From assembly GCA_003597955.1 (NCBI GenBank), contig QZJU01000006.1, positions 34,500-98,499 on the forward strand: a stretch of 64,000 bases of DNA, written 5' to 3'. This stretch comes from Candidatus Parcubacteria bacterium (lineage in GTDB: Bacteria > Patescibacteriota > Patescibacteriia > PEXW01). The first letter of the stretch is position 1. Every line of letters starts with the position of its first letter. Below, piece by piece: positions 29,843 to 38,141 of this stretch. The position numbers were made by a program, and so were the translations under genes. A model generated the notes under the pieces. It had not been told where the DNA came from and made no database searches. It saw nothing but the letters and a program-made list of their open reading frames with translations.

Positions 29843-30289
29843 ATGCCTAATATTGATTCCATAACTCCCCATCCCAAAAAAGTCAGAAAGAAGGCTAGCT
29901 GGAAATCACCGCTGGGCGAGTCACGGCCGGCCGGTTTGGAGGCGAAAAAACGCAAAAGACTAGTTTGGTTTTCGGTGATTTCCGTGACTGCAGTCATTTT
30001 GGTGGTTTGGTTCGGAACTTTGGACGAGCGTTTGCGTTTTGGCAATGCCAATAATTCTGCCTGGCAAAATCTTAAGCAAAGATTAAGCGAGGTTTTTTCT
30101 TTCAGCAAACCGGCTAACGAAGCGATAAAAAACATCAACCCCGGCGACATTTCCGAATCTGAATTGGAATATTTGCGCGAACAAGTCTTCCCTGCCGAAC
30201 TAAACCAGGGCTTATCAAATCAGAATTCAAATTTAAACCAAAACGGCAACCAAAATAGCAATTCGAATTTAAACGCCAATGCCTCCTAA
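29843..30289 (+). CDS. hypothetical membrane-anchored protein with N/Q-rich low-complexity tail
   Basis: One TM ([18 protein letters not shown]) and the C-terminus [23 protein letters not shown]. Confidence 0.4.
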   Translation: MPNIDSITPHPKKVRKKASWKSPLGESRPAGLEAKKRKRLVWFSVISVTAVILVVWFGTLDERLRFGNANNSAWQNLKQRLSEVFSFSKPANEAIKNINPGDISESELEYLREQVFPAELNQGLSNQNSNLNQNGNQNSNSNLNANAS

Positions 30290-32765
30290 AAAAATTACGC
30301 CCTCGCCTCTGCCAGCCAAACCCACCTTGCCCGCCTCGGTCCAACCGCGACCGATTGTTTCGGAAATGCAAGAGTCTTATTTGGATTACGCGATGTCCGT
30401 AATTGTGGCACGGGCCTTGCCAGATGTGCGCGACGGCATGAAACCGGTGCACCGCCGGATCCTGTACGCCATGCGCGAACTGGGCTTGACTCACCAAGCC
30501 AAATATCGGAAATCCGCCACTGTGGTCGGCGAAGTTTTGGGCAAATACCACCCGCACGGCGATGTCGCGGTTTATGATTCCATGGTCAGGCTGGCGCAAG
30601 ATTTTTCCATGCGCTACCCCCTGATCGACGGTCAGGGCAACTTTGGTTCCATGGACGGCGATTCGGCCGCGGCCATGCGTTACACTGAAGCGCGTTTGGC
30701 CAAAATCAGCGCGGAAATGCTAAAGGACATTGATAAAGATACGGTCAACTTTGTGCCAAACTATGACGGTTCCAAAAATGAACCTCAAGTTCTGCCGGCG
30801 CTTCTGCCGAACCTGCTGGTCAACGGCGCCGTGGGCATTGCCGTGGGTATGGCCACCTCCATCCCGCCTCATAATTTGAAAGAAGTCGCCGATGCCACCG
30901 TTCATTTAATTCAAGATCCCGAGGCAACCATTGGCGAATTGATGCATTACATCAAAGGCCCGGATTTTCCAACCGGCGGCACGATTTTTGATCAGAAAGA
31001 AATCGAAGCGGCATATTCCACGGGCAAGGGCGCCATTGTGATGCGCGCAAAGACCGAAATTACAGAAACCAAAACCGGAGCTTTCAGCATAATTGTCCAC
31101 GAAATACCCTACCAGGTTAATAAAGCAGCTTTGCTGGAACACATTGCCGAATTAGTGCGGGATAAAAAAATTGAAGGCATTAGAGATCTGCGCGACGAAT
31201 CGGATAAGGAAGGAGTCAGGGTAGTGATTGAGTTGAAGCGCGATGCTTACCCCAAAAAAGTTTTGAACCGGCTGTACGACACCACGGATTTGCAAACCAC
31301 TTTTCATGTTAATATGCTGGCCTTGGTTGAAGGCTTGCAGCCGCGAGTTTTGAATTTAAAAGGGGTTTTGGAGCAGTTTATCGCCCATCGTGAGGTCGTG
31401 GTTAAGCGCCGGACGGCCTTTGACTTGGCCAAAACCAAGGAGCGTGTGCACATTTTGAAAGGCTTGAAAATCGCCGTTGATCACATCGACGCCGTTATTC
31501 GAACTATCAAGCGTTCAAAAGACAAAGACGAGGCCAAGGTGAATTTAATGAAGCAGTTTAAATTAAGCGAAGCGCAAAGTATTGCCATTCTGGAAATGAA
31601 ATTGCAGCAGTTGGCGAATCTGGAAAGATTGAAAATCGAGCAAGAATTGAAAGAGAAACTGGCTTTAATGAAAGAACTGGAAGCGTTGCTGGCTAGTCCA
31701 AAAAAGATCCGGCAGGTCATTGTCAAAGAAGTGGAAGAAATGAAAAATCTGCACGGCGACGAACGCCGGACTGAAGTGAATCCCAATCCCGTGGGTGAAT
31801 TCAAGCAGGAAGATTTGATTCCCAACGAAGCCACGGTCGTGATGTTGACCCGCGACGGCTATATCAAACGCACGGCGCCGGAAACCTTTAAAACCCAAAG
31901 CCGTGGCGGCAAAGGCGTGATTGGTTTAACCACCAAAGAAGAAGACACGGTTGAACATTTGTTCGCCACCATGACCCATGCCGACCTTTTGTTCTTTACC
32001 ACGCGCGGGCGCGTGTTCCAGCTGAAAGCTTATGATGTGCCGACTGCTTCCCGCACGGCCAAAGGTCAGGCCATGGTGAATTTTCTGCAATTGGGACCGG
32101 AGGAAAAAGTTTCATCCGTGCTTTCCATGGCTGACATCCAGGAGGAGAAATACTTGGTTATGGTCACGCGCCAAGGCACGATTAAAAAAGTCGAGCTTAC
32201 AGCCTTTAAAGATGTCCGTCGTTCAGGCTTGATTGCGATTAAGCTCAAACCCGAAGACCGCCTGGAATGGGTGAAGCCTTCCAGCGGCAAAGACGACATA
32301 ATTTTGGTGTCAGCCAATGGCCAATCCATCCGCTTTGCCGAAAAGGCTGTTCGGCCCATGGGCCGGAGCGCGGGCGGGGTTCGCGGGATGCGCTTGAAGC
32401 GCGGGGATGTGATTGCGGGAATGGATGTGATTTTGGAAGGCACGGCCATGAAGAATGAGCAGCTGCTGGTGATTATGAGTAACGGCTACGGCAAAAGAAC
32501 TTTCTTAAAAGAATATCGCCCCCAGGGCCGGGGCGGGTCAGGCATTCGCTCGGCTCACATAACAGAAAAGACCGGCAAAATTTCCTCCGCCTTTATTGTA
32601 AATGCCAAGCGGGAGCAAGAAGATGTGGTTATAATTTCGGAAAAAGGTCAAGTCATCAGATTGCCCCTAAAGCAGGTTTCGGTCTTGGGCCGCGATACCC
32701 AAGGGGTTAGGTTAATGCGCTTTAAAGCCCCGGGCGACAGCGTGGCCAGTGTGACTTTTGTATAA
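30279..32765 (+). CDS. gyrA: DNA gyrase subunit A
   Basis: …[17 protein letters not shown]…[63 protein letters not shown], plus C-terminal beta-pinwheel repeats. Confidence 0.95.
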   Translation: MPPKKITPSPLPAKPTLPASVQPRPIVSEMQESYLDYAMSVIVARALPDVRDGMKPVHRRILYAMRELGLTHQAKYRKSATVVGEVLGKYHPHGDVAVYDSMVRLAQDFSMRYPLIDGQGNFGSMDGDSAAAMRYTEARLAKISAEMLKDIDKDTVNFVPNYDGSKNEPQVLPALLPNLLVNGAVGIAVGMATSIPPHNLKEVADATVHLIQDPEATIGELMHYIKGPDFPTGGTIFDQKEIEAAYSTGKGAIVMRAKTEITETKTGAFSIIVHEIPYQVNKAALLEHIAELVRDKKIEGIRDLRDESDKEGVRVVIELKRDAYPKKVLNRLYDTTDLQTTFHVNMLALVEGLQPRVLNLKGVLEQFIAHREVVVKRRTAFDLAKTKERVHILKGLKIAVDHIDAVIRTIKRSKDKDEAKVNLMKQFKLSEAQSIAILEMKLQQLANLERLKIEQELKEKLALMKELEALLASPKKIRQVIVKEVEEMKNLHGDERRTEVNPNPVGEFKQEDLIPNEATVVMLTRDGYIKRTAPETFKTQSRGGKGVIGLTTKEEDTVEHLFATMTHADLLFFTTRGRVFQLKAYDVPTASRTAKGQAMVNFLQLGPEEKVSSVLSMADIQEEKYLVMVTRQGTIKKVELTAFKDVRRSGLIAIKLKPEDRLEWVKPSSGKDDIILVSANGQSIRFAEKAVRPMGRSAGGVRGMRLKRGDVIAGMDVILEGTAMKNEQLLVIMSNGYGKRTFLKEYRPQGRGGSGIRSAHITEKTGKISSAFIVNAKREQEDVVIISEKGQVIRLPLKQVSVLGRDTQGVRLMRFKAPGDSVASVTFV

Positions 32766-32781
32766 CCCTTACTATTGTCAT

Positions 32782-32843
32782 GCTGAACTTGGTTCAGCAT
32801 CTAAGCATTTAGAGATCCTGAAACGAGTTCAGGATGACAAATT
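32782..32843. repeat. tandem hairpins ATGCTGAAC-TTG-GTTCAGCAT and GAGATCCTGAAACGAGTTCAGGATGAC; the second (32816-32843) is identical to 63277-63304
   Basis: The 28-nt identity is visible in the sequence. Neither hairpin is followed by a U-run. Confidence 0.5.
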
Positions 32844-33036
32844 CGAAAGATTGCCTGCCTCGGCGGCAAAGCGGGCTTCGTCGTCCCTCTGACACGGGAC
32901 TCTTCGCAATGACGGAAAATAAAAACCCCGACATGGTCGTTGGGATTTAAGATTGACATTTATTAGCATCATCTGCTAGTTTTAGGTATTCACAAAATCA
33001 ATAGTTCTTTAAACATTTTAAAAGAGGAGGTCTTAA

Positions 33037-33705
33037 GTGTTTAAGCCCCAAACCCTAGAAAGGCTGATTATGGCCATTGTGCTTCTGGCTGTAATTGCGC
33101 TTTTTGTAGCCCTTTTTCTATTTTCTCTTGAAGGCGTAAGTTGGTCGCCTAGACTGGCACTGATAGGTGCTGCTTTATTGGTTATTGGTTGTTTTGCCGG
33201 CTGGGTTTTTACTCACAAGACCGTAAATGTTCGTCCGGATTCAATTTTGCTGGATTTACGGGGCAACATTGTTAAGATTTTTCTGCAGGATCAGACAGTA
33301 TGGAAGAAAGAGTATATTGACTATGCAATTGTGCCTTTCAAAAAAACCGGTTATGAATTGAAAATGGAAGTCACGCCAATTACGCCAAATCCCAAGGTCA
33401 GGAAAATCATCTATGAAGTTGCCCTTGAAATTCCGGCTGAGACGGTTGATGCCTTATACCGGGTGAGAGCTTGGGTGCGGGAAAAATTTAAAATCCCGCA
33501 TTTTCCCAGCGCAGAGGAATTGCGAAAGCGCTTTGAGTACGAACTGTACGAATTCAACGATAAGCGAAGTACTGATCTTGCCGTTTTTTCAAATCCTTTG
33601 GACCAAGGGCAACAGGTTGCCTTCAAGCAACTTCTGCTTAATTTCTTGAGCAACCGAGCGCCTCATGAGGTCGTCGTAACTAAAGCAAAATTCACGCTTG
33701 CCTAA
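33037..33705 (+). CDS. hypothetical membrane protein
   Basis: GTG start after SD AGAGGAGG. Two N-terminal TM helices. Confidence 0.5.
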   Translation: MFKPQTLERLIMAIVLLAVIALFVALFLFSLEGVSWSPRLALIGAALLVIGCFAGWVFTHKTVNVRPDSILLDLRGNIVKIFLQDQTVWKKEYIDYAIVPFKKTGYELKMEVTPITPNPKVRKIIYEVALEIPAETVDALYRVRAWVREKFKIPHFPSAEELRKRFEYELYEFNDKRSTDLAVFSNPLDQGQQVAFKQLLLNFLSNRAPHEVVVTKAKFTLA

Positions 33706-33804
33706 GCCGATTTGCTTTTTACTTAAGCCATGCATTATGCGTGGCTTTTTTTAATAAATAAAAACCCCAGAACTTAATTAGCAAGTTGGGGGTTTTTAAA
33801 AAAA

Positions 33805-34071
33805 CTAACGAGCAAGTTTTTCCCATTTCGGTTTGGAAACTTTCAGGGCGCGGGAAGTACCACAATGCACGCATTCAAAGATCTCTTTGCCCTGCAGGCG
33901 TTTTTGGGAAGGCGTGAGGCGTCTGCCGCTAAAGTGCCAGACCTTGCCGGTCGGCCGCCAAGCTGGATGGGTGCAGCCACCGGTTTTGGCAGCCAAGACA
34001 TTTTGGCCGGCTTGCAAGAGAAAGGCCCGTAATTCCGGCTGGTCGCCTATGGTTTTGGTTTCAGCTTTCAA
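33805..34071 (-). CDS. hypothetical small zinc-ribbon-like protein
   Basis: TTG start 5 nt after SD AAGGAG. Cysteines arranged …GGCTHPAW…FECVHCGTS…. Confidence 0.45.
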   Translation of the reverse strand: MKAETKTIGDQPELRAFLLQAGQNVLAAKTGGCTHPAWRPTGKVWHFSGRRLTPSQKRLQGKEIFECVHCGTSRALKVSKPKWEKLAR

Positions 34072-34215
34072 AACAACTCCTTTTGTAATCTCGCTTTATT
34101 TTAAAGTATTCTTACGCCATCCATGCAAGCGTGTCAAATTTTTAAGAATTCTTGCCTAAAAGCCAAGTTTTGAGTAGGATAAAAAATAGCTCGCCAATTA
34201 AAAAAATTCTGAACT

Positions 34216-34446
34216 ATGGGCCTGCCTGCCAAACGCCGAACCAAGCAATCCAAGCGCGAACGCGCCGCGCACTTCGCTTTGAAAGCCATCACGCTTTCGG
34301 TTTGTCCAAAATGCAAACATGCAGTCAAACCGCACCGGATTTGTCAAAACTGCGGTTATTACCGCAGTCGCGATATTTTAAAACTCGCCAGCCGGGACGC
34401 GCGCAAAACGAAGCGCAAACAGAAAAAAGATAAGAAATCCGAATAA
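34216..34446 (+). CDS. rpmF: 50S ribosomal protein bL32 with Lys-rich C-terminal extension
   Basis: PAKRRTKQSKRERAAHFALKAITLSVCPKCKHAVKPHRICQNCGYY matches the bL32 consensus (…SKSRRDKRRAH…C..C…C..CGYY). Confidence 0.8.
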   Translation: MGLPAKRRTKQSKRERAAHFALKAITLSVCPKCKHAVKPHRICQNCGYYRSRDILKLASRDARKTKRKQKKDKKSE

Positions 34447-34449
34447 CCT

Positions 34450-34962
34450 ATGTCGAATCGACATTTAGCCAGAACCATCGCCATGCAGGCGTTGTTTGAA
34501 TGGGACTTTAACCAGCAAAAGGCGGATCTGGTGCAATTAGTAGAAAATAACAAGCACGAATTCGCGCCCGATTTTGATGATCATGATTTTGCCTTGCGGA
34601 TCGTCAAAGGCGTCCAAAAGCATCAGCGCGATATAGACAAATTGATCGTTAAATACGCGCCCGAATGGCCCCTTGACCAAATCACCAATGTTGACCGGAA
34701 TGTCTTAAGGATTGGAATTTTTGAACTGGAATTCAGCCAGTCGGATGTGCCACCTAAAGTGGCCATCAACGAGTCCATTGAGCTGGCCAAGAGCTTCGGG
34801 GGCGAATCTTCTGGCCGTTTCGTCAATGGAGTTTTAGGTTCGATTTACAAAGACATCGTGGAAACGCAATCCAAAGACCCGCAAGCCCAGGTCATTACCC
34901 CGGAGAATGTGAACCAAATTTTAAATAAGAAGCAAACGCCAGGAGCCAAGGCTTCTGAATAG
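34450..34962 (+). CDS. nusB: transcription antitermination factor NusB
   Basis: ARTIAMQALFEWDF… and …VDRNVLRIGIFELEF… NusB motifs. Confidence 0.85.
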   Translation: MSNRHLARTIAMQALFEWDFNQQKADLVQLVENNKHEFAPDFDDHDFALRIVKGVQKHQRDIDKLIVKYAPEWPLDQITNVDRNVLRIGIFELEFSQSDVPPKVAINESIELAKSFGGESSGRFVNGVLGSIYKDIVETQSKDPQAQVITPENVNQILNKKQTPGAKASE

Positions 34963-34968
34963 TCAAAC

Positions 34969-35661
34969 ATGCGACACTTTCAAGAATTTGAAAAAACCAC
35001 GGGTTTTGCTTTTCAAAATCCCGAATTGCTCAAACAAGCTTTCGTGCACCGCTCGTATCTGAACGAGCACCCGGATTTTCCTTTGGCGCACAACGAGCGC
35101 TTGGAATTTTTGGGCGACGCGGTTCTGGAATTGGTGGTGACTGAATACCTGTACCAAACTTATCCAAACCCCGAAGGCGAGCTGACTAACTGGCGCGCTT
35201 CTTTGGTTAACGCTAAGACTTTGTCTGAGATTGCCATGAATTTGGAAATAGGCGAGTATTTGTTTTTGTCCAAAGGCGAAGCAAAAGACGCCAAATCCAA
35301 AGCCCGACAAATCATCTTGGCTAACGCTTTTGAAGCCGTGGTCGGCGCGATATATTTAGACCAAGGCTACGCCGCGGCTCAAAAATTTGTTTCCGAACAT
35401 GTGTTAATCCGGCTGAAATTCATAATGGACAACAATTTGGCTAAAGACGCCAAGAGCCGATTTCAGGAAACCGCGCAGGAGAAATTCGGTTTGACCCCAA
35501 CCTACAAAGTTTTAAGCGAGTCTGGCCCGGATCATAATCGAAAATTCGTCGTCGGCGTGTATATTGGCCAAGATAAGATTGCCGAAGGTGTCGGAACTTC
35601 CAAACAGGAAGCGCAAATGTCTGCGGCGTCCGCGGGCCTTCAAGCCAAGGGCTGGATATAA
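34969..35661 (+). CDS. rnc: ribonuclease III
   Basis: ERLEFLGDAVLELVVTEYLY (RNase III signature) plus a C-terminal dsRBD. Confidence 0.9.
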   Translation: MRHFQEFEKTTGFAFQNPELLKQAFVHRSYLNEHPDFPLAHNERLEFLGDAVLELVVTEYLYQTYPNPEGELTNWRASLVNAKTLSEIAMNLEIGEYLFLSKGEAKDAKSKARQIILANAFEAVVGAIYLDQGYAAAQKFVSEHVLIRLKFIMDNNLAKDAKSRFQETAQEKFGLTPTYKVLSESGPDHNRKFVVGVYIGQDKIAEGVGTSKQEAQMSAASAGLQAKGWI

Positions 35662-35674
35662 TTCCTTCAAAAAA

Positions 35675-36652
35675 ATGAAATCCAAAACCCGATTAACAAA
35701 TGATGTCGTGGTGGTCGGGGCGATCTACCTGGATTTTAACCTCTTGGGCCAAATGCCTTTGGCTTTTAATGTTCATCGGGATCACGAAGTGATCGGTTCG
35801 GATTATAAGGTTGCGGCCGGCGGCTCGGCATATGTGTTTGCAAAAGCGTTAAAAAGTCTGGGCTTGAAAACCGCCCTGCTTGCCCAAGCCGGCGTTGATC
35901 CAGCGGGACGGATTTTGAGCCAGGAGATTTCTAAGGATAAAGTTAAAGTAAAGCTGTTGGTTAAGGGAAAGGTTCAGACCAACATCAGCGCCAATGTCAG
36001 CGGCGATCACAATGACAGCCTGACGATTACCGCAGGCAACGCAAATCAGCGCCTGGATGCTAAAAAGGTTTTATCACAAGCCAAGCGGCTTTTAGCCGGC
36101 GCCAGGGTTTTTTACATCGGTGGGTATTTCAAAATGTCGCAGCTGGCAAAAGCGTATTTAGCTTTAGCCAAATTCTGCCAAAAACGGAAAATTTTGGTGG
36201 TCTTGGATCATGGCACGGTTCACGCTAAAGTCAGCCGCGCGGATTTGCGGAATTTATATCGACTGCTTCAATATGTGAATTACTATTTGCCAAACCAGGA
36301 GGAATTTCTGCGCGCCATGCAGGCGAAAAATTTACGCCAAGCTTTTCAGCGCAGCCAAAAATTTTCCAAGCCAACCATTGTGGTTAAGCTTGGCCGCCAA
36401 GGCGCGGTTTTATTCGAAAAGCATAAAGTCGTTAACGTACAAGCTTTCCGCGTGCCCATAATGCATACCGTCGGCGCCGGCGACAGTTTTAATGCTGGCT
36501 TTATTTACGGAATATTGAATAAGTTGCCGATTCATAAGGCTTTGCGTGTGGGCAATGCCGTGGCGGCCTTAAGGATTTCCCAGCCGCGTTTGCCTACCGC
36601 CAGGGACATCAAGAAATTTTTAGCCAAAAAAATAAACACTTTTGACTATTGA
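35675..36652 (+). CDS. PfkB-family carbohydrate/nucleoside kinase
   Basis: N-terminal VVVVGAIYLDF and C-terminal TVGAGDSFNAGFIYG (PfkB signature 2). ATG at 35675. Confidence 0.8.
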   Translation: MKSKTRLTNDVVVVGAIYLDFNLLGQMPLAFNVHRDHEVIGSDYKVAAGGSAYVFAKALKSLGLKTALLAQAGVDPAGRILSQEISKDKVKVKLLVKGKVQTNISANVSGDHNDSLTITAGNANQRLDAKKVLSQAKRLLAGARVFYIGGYFKMSQLAKAYLALAKFCQKRKILVVLDHGTVHAKVSRADLRNLYRLLQYVNYYLPNQEEFLRAMQAKNLRQAFQRSQKFSKPTIVVKLGRQGAVLFEKHKVVNVQAFRVPIMHTVGAGDSFNAGFIYGILNKLPIHKALRVGNAVAALRISQPRLPTARDIKKFLAKKINTFDY

Positions 36653-36718
36653 CAGGCTTTAGAATCTCTGTTAAGTTTTTATGAATTCATAAAAAAAGAA
36701 AAAAGGAGTTATTTAAAA

Positions 36719-37066
36719 ATGCAGTTTCAAATCAAGGAGCAAAACAGCGTGGTGGTTATTTCGCCACAGGGCGCTTTTGAAGGTGACCGGGACGACAAAG
36801 GATTTCAAGAAATCATCAACCAGAATATTGCCCAAGGCAAAACAATTTTTTTGGTGAATTTTTCCGGCGTTCCGAGAATGAATGAATTGGGCTTGGGCTT
36901 GCTCTTAGGCGCTTACCGCAAGACAACTGCCCGCTCTGTCTACATGGTTTTTTGTAATTTTAATAAAGCCATAACCCAGATGCTGGAGCGCACCAAGCTC
37001 AATACCTTTTTCAAATGCTTCGATAGTGAAGCCGAGGCTTTAGCCGAGCTGCAAAAATGCATCTGA
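36719..37066 (+). CDS. STAS-domain anti-sigma-factor antagonist (SpoIIAA-like)
   Basis: 115-aa STAS fold. Followed by a terminator at 37078-37118. Confidence 0.75.
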   Translation: MQFQIKEQNSVVVISPQGAFEGDRDDKGFQEIINQNIAQGKTIFLVNFSGVPRMNELGLGLLLGAYRKTTARSVYMVFCNFNKAITQMLERTKLNTFFKCFDSEAEALAELQKCI

Positions 37067-37077
37067 TTTCTTTTTGA

Positions 37078-37118
37078 AAAACCGGGTTTGGGAATATTCG
37101 ACCCGGTTTTTTGAAAAT
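37078..37118 (+). terminator. rho-independent terminator
   Basis: AAAAACCGGGTttgggaatattcgACCCGGTTTTTTG. Confidence 0.6.
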
Positions 37119-37233
37119 TGACCCCGCACCACTTTCCAGCAAAACGCCAACATTTAGTACTAATATATTTATTAGGCAAATAACCTCACACTAAATCTAA
37201 GGTTTAATTTGGAAAGTGGTGCGGGGTTGACAA
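37118..37233. repeat. inverted-repeat element, copy 2 (opposite orientation to copy 1): arms ACCCCGCACCACTTTCCA (37121-37138) and TGGAAAGTGGTGCGGGGT (37210-37227), 71-bp core
   Basis: The core aligns with the reverse complement of the copy-1 core (aaatt-cttaaaatttaag vs aaattaaaccttagatttag; taatactaaaaagcgttgg vs tagtactaaatgttggcg). The arm difference T to C is compensated in both arms. Confidence 0.6.
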
Positions 37234-37317
37234 GATCGGGTTTGTTGATTAAACTTGCTCCAAAATACAAATCGAATTATTGAAATCAACAACCAAAAAT
37301 AGGTGGAGGTGTTTTTT

Positions 37318-38016
37318 ATGAGCAAAAAGCCGTTTGATTGGCAAATGCATTTCAGCCAAGCTGGTATTTTCCAAACTGGACACTATGTCCTAAGTAGTCA
37401 AAAACATTCCAAGGTTTATGCAAATTTCGTCAAGCCCATAAACCTAGACCACGGAGTTTTTCAAAGTATTGTTTATGGTTTGTTGGATTTGGTGGATTGC
37501 TCAATTTTTCAATATGTCAACCAGGTGGCTGTATTGGGTATTGGCACGGGCGCTTTTTACGCGCATCAATTCACCCAACAGTTATTCAAGAACTTGCTTC
37601 AAAATGGCCGTTATGGCCGCATTACCTGCGACTTTGTTTTTGCTGCCAGGAAACCCACGGGCGATTTATTTTTGGCCTATGATCAGGCCAAAATTTTGGA
37701 AGGGAAAAACGTGATCTTCGTGGATGATGTGTATTCTACAGGCAAAACCCTGGCTGAAGCTCAGCGACTCATCAAGTCCGCAAACGGTGTATTAGTGCAA
37801 GCAATTTTTATTTTAAATCGCGCCCCAGAACCGCTGGCCGAAGTAATTCTTCTTGAACATCCCATGAAAGAATCTGGCTGTTTATTGCACCACCCAATCG
37901 AGTTGTGGCCAAACCGAGCAGCCTGCCCGTTATGCCAACAGGGCGTACCCTTTAGTACGGAATATGGGAAAGGCGAGCAGGAGTTTACCCTGCATGGCCA
38001 GCCCAGTTCAGAATGA
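37318..38016 (+). CDS. type I phosphoribosyltransferase-family protein
   Basis: …NVIFVDDVYSTGKTLAEAQRLI… is the PRTase PRPP-binding motif. ATG at 37318 after SD GGAGGTG. Confidence 0.7.
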   Translation: MSKKPFDWQMHFSQAGIFQTGHYVLSSQKHSKVYANFVKPINLDHGVFQSIVYGLLDLVDCSIFQYVNQVAVLGIGTGAFYAHQFTQQLFKNLLQNGRYGRITCDFVFAARKPTGDLFLAYDQAKILEGKNVIFVDDVYSTGKTLAEAQRLIKSANGVLVQAIFILNRAPEPLAEVILLEHPMKESGCLLHHPIELWPNRAACPLCQQGVPFSTEYGKGEQEFTLHGQPSSE

Positions 38017-38141
38017 ACCTCATTAAAACCGGTCAGAATTTGACCGGTTTTTTGTGTTTTAAAATGCCCAGATCAGCTTGTTTTTTAGGGATTAAATTGA
38101 TAAAATAGAGACATGAAATTCGCTTCGTTTTTGTCGTACCT

